The notes under the pieces: generated by a model
What the model saw: only the letters and a program-made list of their open reading frames with translations
Told to the model about the DNA's origin: nothing
Databases searched by the model: none
Program-made: the position numbers and the translations under genes
Assembly: GCA_012729405.1 (NCBI GenBank)
Contig: JAAYDH010000020.1
Location: forward strand, 1 to 57,482
Direction of reading: 5' to 3'
Length of the DNA stretch: 57,482 nt
Source: Erysipelotrichaceae bacterium
Lineage (GTDB): Bacteria > Bacillota_I > Bacilli_A > RFN20 > CAG-826
In this document: piece by piece, positions 29,463 to 39,836 of the stretch
How positions within the stretch are numbered: position 1 is the first letter of the stretch
Layout of the letters: every line of letters starts with the position of its first letter

Positions 29463-29993
29463 ATGGCAACAGAAAAGAAAGCCGCTTCTAAGAAAGCCGC
29501 TGTGAAAGAAACAGCTGCTCCGGTTGAAGAAGTTAAGACTGTTAAAGCAGTCGAAACCAAAGTTGACTCCCCAAAAGCAGAAAAGAAAGCCGCTAAGAAA
29601 GCTAAAGTTGCGGCAAAAGAAGAGACTAAGAAAGTCGAAAAACCCAAGAAACCAACACCAACTGAAGCGAAAGCAATCTCTAAGAATGTTCGCGTCACAC
29701 CACGCAAGGTTCGCTTAGTTATCGACTTAGTACGCGGAAAAGATGTTAAGACCGCACTTGGTATCCTCGCCAACGTTAACCGCGCTGCGAGTGTCCCAGT
29801 CCTCAAGACAATTAAATCAGCCGCTGCCAATGCCACGAATAACTTTGGGATGGATGAGGATCGCTTATACATCTCTGAAATCTTCGCGTGCGACGGCTTA
29901 AGAATGAAACGCTTCTTACCGAGAGCAAAAGGTTCTGCTTCCGGATTAGTCAAGAGAAGCTCCCACATCACTGTGGTTGTCAAAATGAGATAG
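29463..29993 (+). CDS. rplV: 50S ribosomal protein L22 with an N-terminal K/A/E/V-rich extension of about 66 aa
   Basis: The core starts near EAKAISKNVRVTPRKVRLVIDLVRGK. The strong RBS (taggagg) precedes ATG 29463, and there is no internal Met near the canonical N-terminus. Confidence 0.93.
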   Translation: MATEKKAASKKAAVKETAAPVEEVKTVKAVETKVDSPKAEKKAAKKAKVAAKEETKKVEKPKKPTPTEAKAISKNVRVTPRKVRLVIDLVRGKDVKTALGILANVNRAASVPVLKTIKSAAANATNNFGMDEDRLYISEIFACDGLRMKRFLPRAKGSASGLVKRSSHITVVVKMR

Positions 29994-30004
29994 GAGGAAA
30001 CATC

Positions 30005-30685
30005 ATGGGTCAAAAAGTTAGTCCAGTAGGAATGCGCGTTGGCATCAACAAGAATTGGAATTCTCGTTGGTATGCTGATGACAAAGAATTCCATGTCTTC
30101 CTCAACCAAGATATTAAGATTCGTTCATACCTTGATAAGAACCTCAAAGATGCCTTACTCTCCCATGTCGAAATTGAGAGAACGAAAACCGACAAAGGCT
30201 ACAAAGTCGTCGTTATGATCTTTGTTGCTCGTCCTGGTGTGGTCATCGGTCAAGATGGTAAGAACATCAACAAAATTAAAGAAGATTTAAGCAAATTAAT
30301 TGGCGGCGAAGAAGTTCGTCTCGATGTTGTCGAAGTCAAACAACCTGACCTCGATGCTCGCATCGTTGCCTACTCCATTGCCAAACAAATTGAAGAGAGA
30401 GCCTCGTTCAGAACCGCCCAAAAGAAAGCAATTCAAAGAGTCCGCAAGGCCGGCGCCAAAGGTTGCCGCACTTTGATCTCTGGGCGTTTAGCGGGTGCTG
30501 ATATCGCCCGTAGCGAAGGTTATAAAGAAGGAATTATTCCTCTACATACCTTACGCAGCGATATTGATTACGCGGTCGCTGAAGCAGCAACCACCTATGG
30601 CCGTTTAGGTATCAAGGTCTGGATCTGCCGCGGAGAAATTCGCCCTGAACTTCAAAAGAAATCTTCTGAAGAGAAAGGAGAATAG
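30005..30685 (+). CDS. rpsC: 30S ribosomal protein S3
   Basis: [13 protein letters not shown] start behind taggagg. The upstream part of ORF 29888 overlaps rplV and is discarded. Confidence 0.97.
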   Translation: MGQKVSPVGMRVGINKNWNSRWYADDKEFHVFLNQDIKIRSYLDKNLKDALLSHVEIERTKTDKGYKVVVMIFVARPGVVIGQDGKNINKIKEDLSKLIGGEEVRLDVVEVKQPDLDARIVAYSIAKQIEERASFRTAQKKAIQRVRKAGAKGCRTLISGRLAGADIARSEGYKEGIIPLHTLRSDIDYAVAEAATTYGRLGIKVWICRGEIRPELQKKSSEEKGE

Positions 30686-30687
30686 TC

Positions 30688-31101
30688 ATGTTACAACCAA
30701 AAAGAGTTAAGTATCGTCGCCCCCATATCATTAGATATGAAGGTCCTGCGACTTCCTGTTTAACCGTCGCCTTTGGTGAATATGGTCTCGAAGCTCTCGA
30801 AGGAACTTGGATCACGACCCGCCAAATTGAGGCAGCTCGTGTCGTCCTCGCTCGCTATACCAAACGTGGTGGTCAGATTTGGATTCGAATCTTTCCCCAT
30901 TTAGCCAAGACAAAGAAACCCGCCGAAGTCCGCATGGGTTCCGGTAAAGGTTCACCTGAAGACTGGGTTGCAGTCGTCAAAAAAGGCACCGTCATGTTTG
31001 AAATGGCAGGATGTGATGCCGAAGATATGAGAGAAGCATTGCGCCTCGCCGCGTACAAGCTCCCCATCAAATGCAAAGTTGTAAAGAAAGGTGAGAAATA
31101 A
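30688..31101 (+). CDS. rplP: 50S ribosomal protein L16
   Basis: [11 protein letters not shown] start, 137 aa. Confidence 0.97.
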   Translation: MLQPKRVKYRRPHIIRYEGPATSCLTVAFGEYGLEALEGTWITTRQIEAARVVLARYTKRGGQIWIRIFPHLAKTKKPAEVRMGSGKGSPEDWVAVVKKGTVMFEMAGCDAEDMREALRLAAYKLPIKCKVVKKGEK

Positions 31102-31104
31102 TTT

Positions 31105-31302
31105 ATGAAAATTAATGAAGTGCGTGAATTAACCACGAGCGAATTAAAAGACAAATTATACTCGCTCAAAGAACAGCTCTTTGAACTTCGCCGCAAAAAA
31201 GCGGTCGGAGCTCTCCCAAGAGGTGAGGAAGTCATCGGCGTGCGCAAAGACATCGCTCGCATCAACATGGTTCTCCGCGAAAGAGAACTTCAAGGCAAAT
31301 AA
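31105..31302 (+). CDS. rpmC: 50S ribosomal protein L29
   Basis: 65 aa with [11 protein letters not shown], and operon position. Confidence 0.93.
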   Translation: MKINEVRELTTSELKDKLYSLKEQLFELRRKKAVGALPRGEEVIGVRKDIARINMVLRERELQGK

Positions 31303-31316
31303 GGAGGAAATTGTCT

Positions 31317-31733
31317 ATGGAAAGAAAAACACAAGCAAGACGCACTATTCAAGGTGTCGTTATCAGCGATAAAAATGACAAGACAATTGTCGTCGAAGTT
31401 GCCACTCATAGAAGACATCCAATCTATGGAAAACGCGTCAAATATTCTAAGAAGTATTACGCACACGATGAAAATAACGAAGCCAAAAACGGTGACGCCG
31501 TGACCATCATGGAAACCCGTCGCTTATCCGCCACTAAACGTTTCCGTTTAGTCAGCATCGATAAGAAGGCTGAATTATCCATTAAGGAAGCTGAGGCTGA
31601 ATTAAAGGAAGAAATTCTTGAAGTCAAGCTCCCAGAAGCGGAAGAATCTCAAGTCGTAGAAGTCAAGGCTGAAGAAGCTGAGAAACCTGCGGCGAAGAAA
31701 GAAAAAATCGCAGATAAAAAGGAGGAAGAATAA
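31317..31733 (+). CDS. rpsQ: 30S ribosomal protein S17 with a C-terminal E/K/A-rich extension of about 55 aa
   Basis: The core is [19 protein letters not shown]...RFRLV. ATG 31317 lies 9 nt after aaggagg. The tail is [10 protein letters not shown]...KKEEE. Confidence 0.93.
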   Translation: MERKTQARRTIQGVVISDKNDKTIVVEVATHRRHPIYGKRVKYSKKYYAHDENNEAKNGDAVTIMETRRLSATKRFRLVSIDKKAELSIKEAEAELKEEILEVKLPEAEESQVVEVKAEEAEKPAAKKEKIADKKEEE

Positions 31734-31735
31734 GT

Positions 31736-32113
31736 ATGATTCAAAAGGAAACAAACCTTGTTGTCGCTGACAATAGTGGTGCTCGTTCCGTTCGTGCATT
31801 CAACCTCTACGGCGGTTCTCACCGCAAGACCAGTAGCGTTGGTGATATCATCCTCGCCGCTGTCAAAGATGCTGTTCCAAACAGCAAAGTGAAAAAGGGT
31901 GATGTCGTTCGTTGCGTCATCGTCCGCACGAAAAAGGCAATCAATCGCCGCGATGGTTCAACTATTGCGTTCTCCGATAACGCCGTCGTGATTATTAGTG
32001 ATGAAAACGTGCCCGTGGGCACACGTGTCTTCGGACCCGTGGCGCGCGAGTTACGTGAAACTGGTGTCGATGGATTCATGAAAATTGTTTCTCTCGCCCC
32101 CGAAGTGTTATAA
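31736..32113 (+). CDS. rplN: 50S ribosomal protein L14
   Basis: [17 protein letters not shown] start, 125 aa. Confidence 0.97.
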   Translation: MIQKETNLVVADNSGARSVRAFNLYGGSHRKTSSVGDIILAAVKDAVPNSKVKKGDVVRCVIVRTKKAINRRDGSTIAFSDNAVVIISDENVPVGTRVFGPVARELRETGVDGFMKIVSLAPEVL

Positions 32114-32127
32114 GGAGGTTGCCACTT

Positions 32128-32433
32128 ATGAATTTAGTAAAAGGCGATAAAGTTATCGTCATCGCCGGCCACGACAAAGGCAAAACTGGTGTGATCCAAA
32201 AGGTCATTCCTGAGCAAAACCGCGTCGTCGTCGAAAACGTTAACGTTCGTAAAAAACACAGAAAACCAACCCAAGCCAACCCCGAAGGTAGCATCATTGA
32301 AGTCTACGCTCCAATTGACGCCAGCAACGTGATGCTTGAAGATCCCAAGACCAAGAAACCGACTCGCGTTGGACACAAGATTGTCAAGGGTAAGAAAGTC
32401 CGCTTCGCTAAGAAATCCGGACAAACGCTATAA
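32128..32433 (+). CDS. rplX: 50S ribosomal protein L24
   Basis: KOW motif ([17 protein letters not shown]). ATG 32128 lies 9 nt after aaggagg. Confidence 0.95.
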   Translation: MNLVKGDKVIVIAGHDKGKTGVIQKVIPEQNRVVVENVNVRKKHRKPTQANPEGSIIEVYAPIDASNVMLEDPKTKKPTRVGHKIVKGKKVRFAKKSGQTL

Positions 32434-32447
32434 GGAGGAATTAGTTT

Positions 32448-33176
32448 ATGGCCGAAGAAATTAAAGAAGTTAAAAAGCCAGCCGCTAAGAAATCCACTAG
32501 CGCTGCCCCAAAAGCGAAGGCTGTTAAAGAAGTAACTCCTGTTGCCAAAGAAGCAAAAGCGGAAGTTAAAGCCGCTCCTGCTAAGAAGGCAGCACCTGCC
32601 AAAAAGGCAAGCGTGGGTCACAAAGCCGCGAAAGTGGTTAACCGCCTTAAAGCGAAATATGACAGCGAAGTCAAAAAAGCTTTACACGACTTATATAAGT
32701 ACTCCTCAGTGATGGAAATCCCCGCCATTGAGAAGGTCGTCATCAACATTGGTGTTGGCGATGCCACCCAAGATGCGAAACGCTTAGAAGAAGCTGTTGC
32801 TGAACTCGCTGCTATCACTGGTCAAAAACCAGTAATTACTAAAGCGAAAAAATCCATCGCTACCTTCAAATTAAGAGAAGGTCAAGAAATTGGATGCAAA
32901 GTTACCTTAAGAGGTTTGAGAATGTGGGACTTCTTAGACAAGTTGATCTCCATCTCATTACCCCGCGTTCGTGACTTCCGCGGTGTCTCCCGCAACGCCT
33001 TCGATGGCCGCGGCAACTACACCTTCGGAATTAAGGAACAATTAATCTTCCCCGAAATCGATTACGATAAGGTCGCGAAGGTTCGCGGTATGGACATCGT
33101 TGTTGTCACAACCGCAAAAACAGATAAGGAAGCATACTCATTACTCGAGTTATTGGGTGTGCCATTCCATAGATAA
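32448..33176 (+). CDS. rplE: 50S ribosomal protein L5 with an N-terminal A/K/P-rich extension of about 64 aa
   Basis: The core starts near [15 protein letters not shown]. The strong RBS taaggagg precedes ATG 32448. 242 aa against the usual 180 or so. Confidence 0.93.
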   Translation: MAEEIKEVKKPAAKKSTSAAPKAKAVKEVTPVAKEAKAEVKAAPAKKAAPAKKASVGHKAAKVVNRLKAKYDSEVKKALHDLYKYSSVMEIPAIEKVVINIGVGDATQDAKRLEEAVAELAAITGQKPVITKAKKSIATFKLREGQEIGCKVTLRGLRMWDFLDKLISISLPRVRDFRGVSRNAFDGRGNYTFGIKEQLIFPEIDYDKVAKVRGMDIVVVTTAKTDKEAYSLLELLGVPFHR

Positions 33177-33190
33177 AGAGAGGAACTAAC

Positions 33191-33376
33191 ATGGCAAAAA
33201 CAAGTCAAAAAATTCGTCAATCTAGACCCCAAAAGTTTAAGGTTAGAGAATACACACGCTGTGAACGTTGTGGACGTCCTCACTCTGTCTATTCAAAATT
33301 CCATCTCTGCCGCATTTGTTTAAGAGAACTCGCCTACAAGGGCGAAATTCCCGGCATGAAGAAATCATCTTGGTAA
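33191..33376 (+). CDS. rpsN: 30S ribosomal protein S14, zinc-binding type Z
   Basis: 61 aa with CERCGRPHS...CRIC. Confidence 0.95.
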   Translation: MAKTSQKIRQSRPQKFKVREYTRCERCGRPHSVYSKFHLCRICLRELAYKGEIPGMKKSSW

Positions 33377-33397
33377 AAAGGAGGATATCGATTAATT

Positions 33398-33790
33398 ATG
33401 ATGACTGATCCAATCGCGGATATGCTCACAAGAATCCGCAATGCTAATCAATTACAATACGAAACTGTCAAAATGCCTTCTAGCAAGATGAAAGCTGAAA
33501 TCGCCAAGATCTTAAAAGAAGAAGGATTCATCAATGACTTCAGAGTCAAAGGTGATGTCAAGAAGGAATTAACAATTACCTTAAAGTACGCCGCGGATGG
33601 CACACGTGTTATCTCCGGAGTAAAGAAAATTTCAAAACCTGGCCTCCGCGTTGCCGTCGGAGCTGAAAAGCTCCCACGCGTTCTTAAAGGTTTAGGTATC
33701 GCAATTATTTCCACCTCACAAGGTGTCATGACCGACGCGAAAGCTCGCACTCTTGGCATCGGTGGTGAAGTAATCGCCTATATTTGGTAG
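33398..33790 (+). CDS. rpsH: 30S ribosomal protein S8
   Basis: [16 protein letters not shown] start. Confidence 0.97.
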   Translation: MMTDPIADMLTRIRNANQLQYETVKMPSSKMKAEIAKILKEEGFINDFRVKGDVKKELTITLKYAADGTRVISGVKKISKPGLRVAVGAEKLPRVLKGLGIAIISTSQGVMTDAKARTLGIGGEVIAYIW

Positions 33791-33801
33791 GAGGAAGATA
33801 T

Positions 33802-34347
33802 ATGTCACGAATTGGAAACAAACATATTGAAATCCCCGCTGATGTCACCTACGAAATTAAACCAGGTGTCATGCATGTCAAAGGACCAAAAGGCGAAGAA
33901 AATGTCCTCCTCAACGAAGGAATCGAAGTCAAAGTCGATGGCAACATCATGAGCTTCGTCCGCCTCAATGAAGAGAAACAAACCAAACAAAATCACGGAA
34001 CTGTCCGCGCTAATGTCAACAATGCAATCGTCGGAGTTACCAAGGGTTATTCCCGGGTTCTCGAGATGATCGGTATTGGATTCAAAGCCCAATTAAAGGG
34101 TAAAGCTGTCGAACTCTGGGCCGGATACAGCCACACGGTTGTCATCGAACCCGAACCAGGCGTAACCATCAAAATTATTGATCCAACTCACGTCGAAGTG
34201 AGCGGCGTCAATAAACAAGCGGTCGGCCAAACAGCAGCCCTCATTCGCGGAGTTCGCCCACCTGAGCCATATCTCGGCAAAGGTATCCGTTACAAAGGTG
34301 AGTTCGTTGCTACTAAAGAAGGCAAACGCGCCACTGCAAAAGCTTAA
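33802..34347 (+). CDS. rplF: 50S ribosomal protein L6
   Basis: MSRIGNKHIEIP start behind taggagg. The upstream part of the ORF is discarded. Confidence 0.96.
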   Translation: MSRIGNKHIEIPADVTYEIKPGVMHVKGPKGEENVLLNEGIEVKVDGNIMSFVRLNEEKQTKQNHGTVRANVNNAIVGVTKGYSRVLEMIGIGFKAQLKGKAVELWAGYSHTVVIEPEPGVTIKIIDPTHVEVSGVNKQAVGQTAALIRGVRPPEPYLGKGIRYKGEFVATKEGKRATAKA

Positions 34348-34367
34348 TAGAAAGGTAGGTAATAATT

Positions 34368-34724
34368 ATGGTCAAAAAAGAACCCAAGAACGTCTCTCGT
34401 ATCAGACGTCACGCCCGTGTCAGAGCCAAAATCTCTGGTACTGCAGACAAACCAAGATTATGTGTCTATCGTTCTAATAAGAATATCGAGGCACAACTCA
34501 TCGACGACGTCAAAGGTGTTACTTTAGCTGCTTCTAGCACTGTCGCTTTAAAGAGCGATAAGGGCGGAAACGTTGAAGGTGCTAAACTCGTCGGATCAGA
34601 CATCGCCAAAAAGGCGCTTGCTCTTAAAATCAAAACCATCGTCTTCGATCGATCTGGATATATTTATCATGGTCGCATCAAAGCGTTAGCCGAAGCCGCT
34701 CGTGAAGCTGGCTTAGTATTCTAA
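34368..34724 (+). CDS. rplR: 50S ribosomal protein L18
   Basis: [15 protein letters not shown]...[12 protein letters not shown]. Confidence 0.96.
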   Translation: MVKKEPKNVSRIRRHARVRAKISGTADKPRLCVYRSNKNIEAQLIDDVKGVTLAASSTVALKSDKGGNVEGAKLVGSDIAKKALALKIKTIVFDRSGYIYHGRIKALAEAAREAGLVF

Positions 34725-34738
34725 GGAGGAAAACGAAA

Positions 34739-35386
34739 GTGGAAGAAAAGAAAGTCGTCGGCGTTGAGGTCGAAGAAGCTCCTGTCACTGAAAAAGTTGC
34801 CCCCGTTGAAACTAGAGCTGAAGTCGCGGGCCAAACTCGAACTAACGATCGTCGCCCACGTGGCGATCGCCGCGGCGGTCCACGCCGCGACAACAGACGC
34901 GGTGGTGATCGTCGCAATGAACCAAAAGAATTCGAAGACCGTGTTGTCTTCATCAATCGCGTCAGCAAAACCGTTAAAGGTGGCCGCCGCATGAAATTCA
35001 CGGCTCTAGTCGCCATTGGTGATAAAAAAGGTCGCTATGGATTTGCGGTTGGCAAAGCCGCCGAAGTCCCTGATGCTATCAAAAAAGCCATGGAAGCGGC
35101 AAAAAAGAACATTCACAATATTCATCTTGTTAAGGGCGCTACTCTCTCTCACGAAGTCGTCGGAAAATTCGGCGCATGCAATGTTTACTTAAAGCCAGCT
35201 CCAGAAGGTACTGGAATTATCGCTGGAGGCCCGGTTCGTGCTATTCTAGAACTTGCCGGTGTCCAAAACGTGTGTTCAAAGGTCTATGGCAGCCGCGCTG
35301 CGATCAACATCGTTCGCGCCACCAGCCAAGGACTTGATAACCTCAAGAGCTACAAAGAGATGAAAGTCTTACGTGGCAAAGAATAA
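34739..35386 (+). CDS. rpsE: 30S ribosomal protein S5 with an N-terminal acidic then R/G-rich extension of about 50 aa
   Basis: GTG start 9 nt after GGAGG. The core begins at [20 protein letters not shown]. The extension contains [22 protein letters not shown]. Confidence 0.92.
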   Translation: MEEKKVVGVEVEEAPVTEKVAPVETRAEVAGQTRTNDRRPRGDRRGGPRRDNRRGGDRRNEPKEFEDRVVFINRVSKTVKGGRRMKFTALVAIGDKKGRYGFAVGKAAEVPDAIKKAMEAAKKNIHNIHLVKGATLSHEVVGKFGACNVYLKPAPEGTGIIAGGPVRAILELAGVQNVCSKVYGSRAAINIVRATSQGLDNLKSYKEMKVLRGKE

Positions 35387-35425
35387 ATTATTGTTGAACA
35401 ATAAAAGAAAATAGGAGGTGTACAT

Positions 35426-35869
35426 ATGAAATTGCATAGTTTAAAAGCAACCGCAGGCTCCCGCCAAGAAAATTTTCGCAAAGGCCGTGGTATCGGTTCC
35501 GGTAATGGTAAAACCGCCGGAAAAGGTCACAAAGGTCAAGGCGCCCGTAGTGGCGGTGGCGTTGCTCTTGGTTTTGAAGGTGGACAATTACCACTCTTCA
35601 GACGCTTACCAAAACGCGGCTTTAAGAATGTAAATCATGTCAATTATGCCACCATTGGTATCGCTGTCTTAGATAAATACTTCGACAATGGTGCTGTGGT
35701 TACTCCAGCTTTATTAAAAGAAAAAGGTCTTCTCAAGAAGGAATATAACGGCTTAAAAGTCTTAGGCGGAGGAAAACTCACCAAGAGTCTTACTGTCCAA
35801 GCAAAAGCCTTTAGCAAATCCGCTGAAGAAGCCATCGTTAAAGCTGGCGGCAAAATTGAGGTGATCTAA
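35426..35869 (+). CDS. rplO: 50S ribosomal protein L15
   Basis: [13 protein letters not shown] start with a G-rich region. It follows rpsE directly after a 39-nt gap, with no rpmD. Confidence 0.96.
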   Translation: MKLHSLKATAGSRQENFRKGRGIGSGNGKTAGKGHKGQGARSGGGVALGFEGGQLPLFRRLPKRGFKNVNHVNYATIGIAVLDKYFDNGAVVTPALLKEKGLLKKEYNGLKVLGGGKLTKSLTVQAKAFSKSAEEAIVKAGGKIEVI

Positions 35870-35870
35870 C

Positions 35871-37226
35871 ATGAAAAAAATAGGATCAATACTCAAGAAT
35901 AAAGATATCATGAGCCGTATCTTGTTTACGGTTCTGATTCTCTTCGTCTTCCGTATCGGCGCTCAAATTACCGTTCCTGGTGTCGACACCAGTAAAATCA
36001 CTGAAGCCGTCACCACCAACAGCGCCTTGTCCCTCATGAACCTCCTCGGAGGAGGTACCTTACAATCATTTTCAATCTTTGCTCTCGGCGTTTCTCCTTA
36101 TATTACCGCGCAGATTATCATTCAACTTTTGTCGAGTGATGTCCTGCCCGCCTTAAGTGATTTACGTCGTCAAGGTCAATCTGGCCGTAAGAAGATGGAG
36201 ATGGCCAACCGTTACTTGACACTAATGTTAGGCGCGGTTCAAGCCTACGGCATCATCAAGACCATCGAAAATTCCACTGAGGTATCTTTAATTAATACCG
36301 CTGCGGGATACGAATGGTTGCAATACCTCTACATCATTATTGTGATGTTAGCGGGCGCGATGATTGTCATGTGGCTCGGCGATCAGATTTCCGTCAAAGG
36401 TATCGGCAACGGTATCTCGATGATCATCTTCGCTGGTATTGTCTCATCGCTTCCTGTCCAGATTACTAAAGCGTTTGAAATGTGGGTAATTAGGTCGATT
36501 GGAGTTTCCGATTCAGCTCAAATTGCCGGAACCTTCCAGTTCATCCTTTACATACTCAGCTTCTTGCTCATTGTGGCCTTCGTGACCTTCATTGAGCTCT
36601 CGAAGCGCAAAATTCCGGTCCAACATTCCGGAAAAGGTGGAGGTCAAACTCCATCGATGGCCAAAGCTAGTTTCTTACCTATCAAGATCAACCCCGCCGG
36701 TGTCATTCCTGTCATCTTCGCGAGTTCCATCATGATGGGTCCAAGCGTCGTCAACGCCTTCTTAGGAGGCGACAGCAACGCCAATTGGCTTAACATCTTC
36801 AATAGTTCAGCTATGACTAGTATGGGAAGTAACTTCTCAATGCCTTGGGGCTTGATAATCTATATCATCCTCACCATCGCGTTCACTTACTTCTATGCGA
36901 ACATGCAAATTAATCCACAACAGCTGGCTGAGAACTTCCAGAAAAACGGCAGTTACATCCCAGGCATTCGCCCAGGTATTGAAACTGAACGTTATGTCCG
37001 CAAAGTTCTTAACCGCGTGACATTTATCGGAGCTATGTCGCTTTCCGCGATTGCCGCTCTCCCTGCGATTTTGAGTTTGACTATCTTCAAAGAAGATCCA
37101 TCTCTATCGCTCGGTGGAACCGGTTTAATCATCGTTATCGGTGTCGCTCTCGAATTAAATAACCAAATCGATGGTTTGCTTGCTGGTAAATCATTCGAAG
37201 AAGTTGTGGCTAGTGGAGGACAGTAG
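35871..37226 (+). CDS. secY: Preprotein translocase subunit SecY
   Basis: 451 aa with 10 TM, a LFTVLILFVFRIG start region, and operon position. Confidence 0.97.
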   Translation: MKKIGSILKNKDIMSRILFTVLILFVFRIGAQITVPGVDTSKITEAVTTNSALSLMNLLGGGTLQSFSIFALGVSPYITAQIIIQLLSSDVLPALSDLRRQGQSGRKKMEMANRYLTLMLGAVQAYGIIKTIENSTEVSLINTAAGYEWLQYLYIIIVMLAGAMIVMWLGDQISVKGIGNGISMIIFAGIVSSLPVQITKAFEMWVIRSIGVSDSAQIAGTFQFILYILSFLLIVAFVTFIELSKRKIPVQHSGKGGGQTPSMAKASFLPIKINPAGVIPVIFASSIMMGPSVVNAFLGGDSNANWLNIFNSSAMTSMGSNFSMPWGLIIYIILTIAFTYFYANMQINPQQLAENFQKNGSYIPGIRPGIETERYVRKVLNRVTFIGAMSLSAIAALPAILSLTIFKEDPSLSLGGTGLIIVIGVALELNNQIDGLLAGKSFEEVVASGGQ

Positions 37227-37228
37227 TA

Positions 37229-37882
37229 ATGCTTAAGAACATTATCTTAATGGGCCCGCCAGGGGCTGGCAAGGGAACCCTTGCTAAACAACTGAAAGTC
37301 GCTCATCATCTCGTCCATATCTCGACGGGGGATATGTTCCGCGAAGCTATTAAAGCTGAAACTCCATTAGGAAAACTCGCCCAATCCTATATTGCTAAAG
37401 GCCATCTCGTCCCTGATGATGTCACAATTGGCATTGTCCGCGACAGATTGTCTCAAGAAGATTGTGCGAACGGATTTCTTCTCGATGGCTTTCCCCGCAC
37501 TTTAGTGCAAGCTGAAGCGCTCGACAAACTAGCCGTTGAAATCCACCGTCCAATCGATGTTGTTGTCAACCTCGACTGTGATGAAAAAGAACTCATCCGC
37601 CGCATTAGCGGAAGACGAGTTTGCAAGAACTGTGGAACCCCTTATCACATCAATACCATGAAATCGAAAATTGAAGGTATCTGTGATGTGTGTGGTGGAC
37701 CACTCTTCCAAAGACCAGACGACAACGAAGAAGCGTTGAAAGTTCGTCTCGGTCACTACAATCACGACACTAAACCGTTGCTAGATTACTACAAAGCCAA
37801 AGGTTTATTAGTTAATTTCAATTCTTTAGTGGGCAGTGAAGACTTATTCGATGAAGTAAGTTTGTTTCTTAAGAGTAAATAA
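37229..37882 (+). CDS. adk: Adenylate kinase (zinc-lid type)
   Basis: GPPGAGKGT P-loop. The lid carries CKNCG...CDVCGG. Confidence 0.97.
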   Translation: MLKNIILMGPPGAGKGTLAKQLKVAHHLVHISTGDMFREAIKAETPLGKLAQSYIAKGHLVPDDVTIGIVRDRLSQEDCANGFLLDGFPRTLVQAEALDKLAVEIHRPIDVVVNLDCDEKELIRRISGRRVCKNCGTPYHINTMKSKIEGICDVCGGPLFQRPDDNEEALKVRLGHYNHDTKPLLDYYKAKGLLVNFNSLVGSEDLFDEVSLFLKSK

Positions 37883-37883
37883 C

Positions 37884-38645
37884 ATGATTATTGTCAAATC
37901 TCCTCGAGAAATCGCATTGATGAAACGCGCTGGCGAAGTGCTGGGTCTCGTCTTTAAAACTTTAGAGAAAGAGATTCGCGCTGGTATGTCTACTATGGAC
38001 ATCGACACCATCGTTGAAAGAGTCATTCGCGAAAACGATTGCATACCAGCGGAAAAAGGCTACCATGGCTTTCCCGGCTCGGCCTGCGTATCGGTCAACG
38101 AAACCCTCATTCACGGAATACCTTCTAGCAAGATTATTCTTCGTGAAGGAGACATCGTCTCTGTGGACGTTGTGGCAACATATCAAGGCTATTCGGCAGA
38201 TGCGTGTCGCACCTTCGCGGTCGGCACCATCACCGAACGGGCAGCTCGGCTCATCGAGGTCACCAAACATTCGTTCTTCGAAGCAGTGAAATTAATTGCT
38301 CCCGGAGTTCACTTAGGCGACATCAGTGAAGCTATACAGAAATACAACGAAAGTCATGGTTATAACGTCGTGCGCGACTATACCGGACACGGCATCGGCG
38401 CCCACATGCACGAGGATCCCTCTATCCCTAACTACGGCAAATCTGGAACTGGTCCTATCTTGGAACAAGGCATGACCCTAGCCATCGAACCGATGGTGCT
38501 CGAAGGTCGCAAAGACACTCGCGTCCTCGGGGACGGATGGACCGTAAAAAGCAAAGACGGCAAACTGACCTCTCATTATGAGAACACAGTGGTCGTCACG
38601 GAAGACGGATACGAAATTATTACCATGTACGAAGGAGAAAAATAA
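37884..38645 (+). CDS. map: Methionine aminopeptidase type I
   Basis: 253 aa with metal-ligand blocks (DIVSVD, TGHGIG, AIEP) and operon position. Confidence 0.96.
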   Translation: MIIVKSPREIALMKRAGEVLGLVFKTLEKEIRAGMSTMDIDTIVERVIRENDCIPAEKGYHGFPGSACVSVNETLIHGIPSSKIILREGDIVSVDVVATYQGYSADACRTFAVGTITERAARLIEVTKHSFFEAVKLIAPGVHLGDISEAIQKYNESHGYNVVRDYTGHGIGAHMHEDPSIPNYGKSGTGPILEQGMTLAIEPMVLEGRKDTRVLGDGWTVKSKDGKLTSHYENTVVVTEDGYEIITMYEGEK

Positions 38646-38648
38646 CTT

Positions 38649-38867
38649 ATGTCAAAGAAAGACGTCATCGAAGTTCAGGCGGTCGTTTCCGAAGTCTTAC
38701 CCAACGCGATGTTTAGGGTCAAGCTCGAAAATGGCGTCGTAATTCTGGCCACCGTTTCTGGCAAAATCCGTATGAATTACATACGCATTCTTCCAGGCGA
38801 TAGAGTTACGGTAGAAATCTCGCCTTATGATTTAACACGGGGCCGCATTACATTCCGGTTCAAATAA
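38649..38867 (+). CDS. infA: Translation initiation factor IF-1
   Basis: 72 aa with [13 protein letters not shown]...[16 protein letters not shown]. Confidence 0.97.
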   Translation: MSKKDVIEVQAVVSEVLPNAMFRVKLENGVVILATVSGKIRMNYIRILPGDRVTVEISPYDLTRGRITFRFK

Positions 38868-38900
38868 ACCGCAGGAAAAAATATTTAGGAGGAAATACTT

Positions 38901-39014
38901 ATGAAAGTCAGAACCTCAGTCAAACCTATCTGCCCGAAGTGCAAAGTTATTAGAAGAGATGGCAAAGTTATGGTCATCTGCTCCAACCCTAAGCACAAGC
39001 AGAGACAAGGTTAA
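38901..39014 (+). CDS. rpmJ: 50S ribosomal protein L36 (zinc-binding form); too short to appear in the ORF track
   Basis: Hand translation gives [37 protein letters not shown]. The RBS taggagg lies 8 nt upstream. Confidence 0.93.
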   Translation: MKVRTSVKPICPKCKVIRRDGKVMVICSNPKHKQRQG

Positions 39015-39031
39015 TAGGAGGATATAGAAAT

Positions 39032-39409
39032 ATGGCACGTATTGTTGGTGTTGATATTCCTAACGACAAACCAGTCCGCATCTCGCTTACCTATATTTAT
39101 GGTATTGGCAGACACACCGCTGAATTAATTTGCGAAGCTGCAAAAATCGCCGGTGGAACGAGAGTTAAAGATCTTACTGATGATCAACTTGCTGCTGTCC
39201 GCAGCGAAATTGCAAAATTCAAAACCGAAGGCGAACTTCGCCGTGAAGTTGCGTTAAACATCAAACGTTTAACTGAAATCAACTGCTATCGTGGTGTCCG
39301 CCATCGTAAAGGTCTCCCTGTTCGCGGTCAAAGAACCAAGACTAACGCTCGTACTCGTAAGGGTCCGCGTAAGACTATCGCGAACAAGAAAGTCGCCCCA
39401 CAAGGCTAA
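39032..39409 (+). CDS. rpsM: 30S ribosomal protein S13
   Basis: [13 protein letters not shown] start. Confidence 0.97.
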   Translation: MARIVGVDIPNDKPVRISLTYIYGIGRHTAELICEAAKIAGGTRVKDLTDDQLAAVRSEIAKFKTEGELRREVALNIKRLTEINCYRGVRHRKGLPVRGQRTKTNARTRKGPRKTIANKKVAPQG

Positions 39410-39430
39410 AGAAAGGAGAATTAGAACACA

Positions 39431-39820
39431 ATGGCTAAAAAAACAAGCACACGTAAGAAGAAAATCAAACGTTCGTTTACGAAAGGTGTCGCCCACATTC
39501 ATTCTACTTTCAACAACACAATTGTCACTATCTGTGATGAACAAGGTAATGCTCTCTCGTGGAGCAGCGCCGGCGCAATGGGTTTCAAGGGTGCGAAAAA
39601 ATCCACTCCATTCGCCGCTATGCAAGCCGCTGAGGCTGCTGCCAAAGCTGCTTACGATCAAGGTATCAGACAAGTCGATGTCGACGTTAAAGGTCCCGGC
39701 CCAGGCCGTGAGGGAGCCATTCGCTCGCTCACTGTCGCCGGATTGGTTGTGCTAAGTATCGTTGATACCACCCCAATCCCCCACAATGGTTGCCGCCCAC
39801 CCAAGCGTCCACGCGGTTAA
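39431..39820 (+). CDS. rpsK: 30S ribosomal protein S11
   Basis: [16 protein letters not shown] core. Confidence 0.97.
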   Translation: MAKKTSTRKKKIKRSFTKGVAHIHSTFNNTIVTICDEQGNALSWSSAGAMGFKGAKKSTPFAAMQAAEAAAKAAYDQGIRQVDVDVKGPGPGREGAIRSLTVAGLVVLSIVDTTPIPHNGCRPPKRPRG

Positions 39821-39836
39821 TTAGGAGGTAATGAGT

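Noticed and set aside
29888-30004. Long upstream extensions of ORFs in the track: rpsC from 29888, rpsJ from 26173, the YitT gene from 5851, rplF from 33784, queH from 25235, yebC from 55699 and acnX-small from 44745.
   Set aside because: The extensions overlap the preceding gene and lack an RBS. The canonical protein N-terminus begins at an internal ATG placed 5-10 nt after an AGGAGG.
29456-30109. A 217-aa minus-strand ORF, plus many other 60-130-aa antisense or alternative-frame ORFs across the ribosomal operon, secA, hydA and the enoate reductase (for example 34678-35016, 32304-32621 and 42156-42584).
   Set aside because: They lie fully inside strongly supported genes on the other strand or frame. 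They have low-complexity compositions mirroring the sense codon bias, no RBS and no recognisable motifs. They are typical shadow ORFs.
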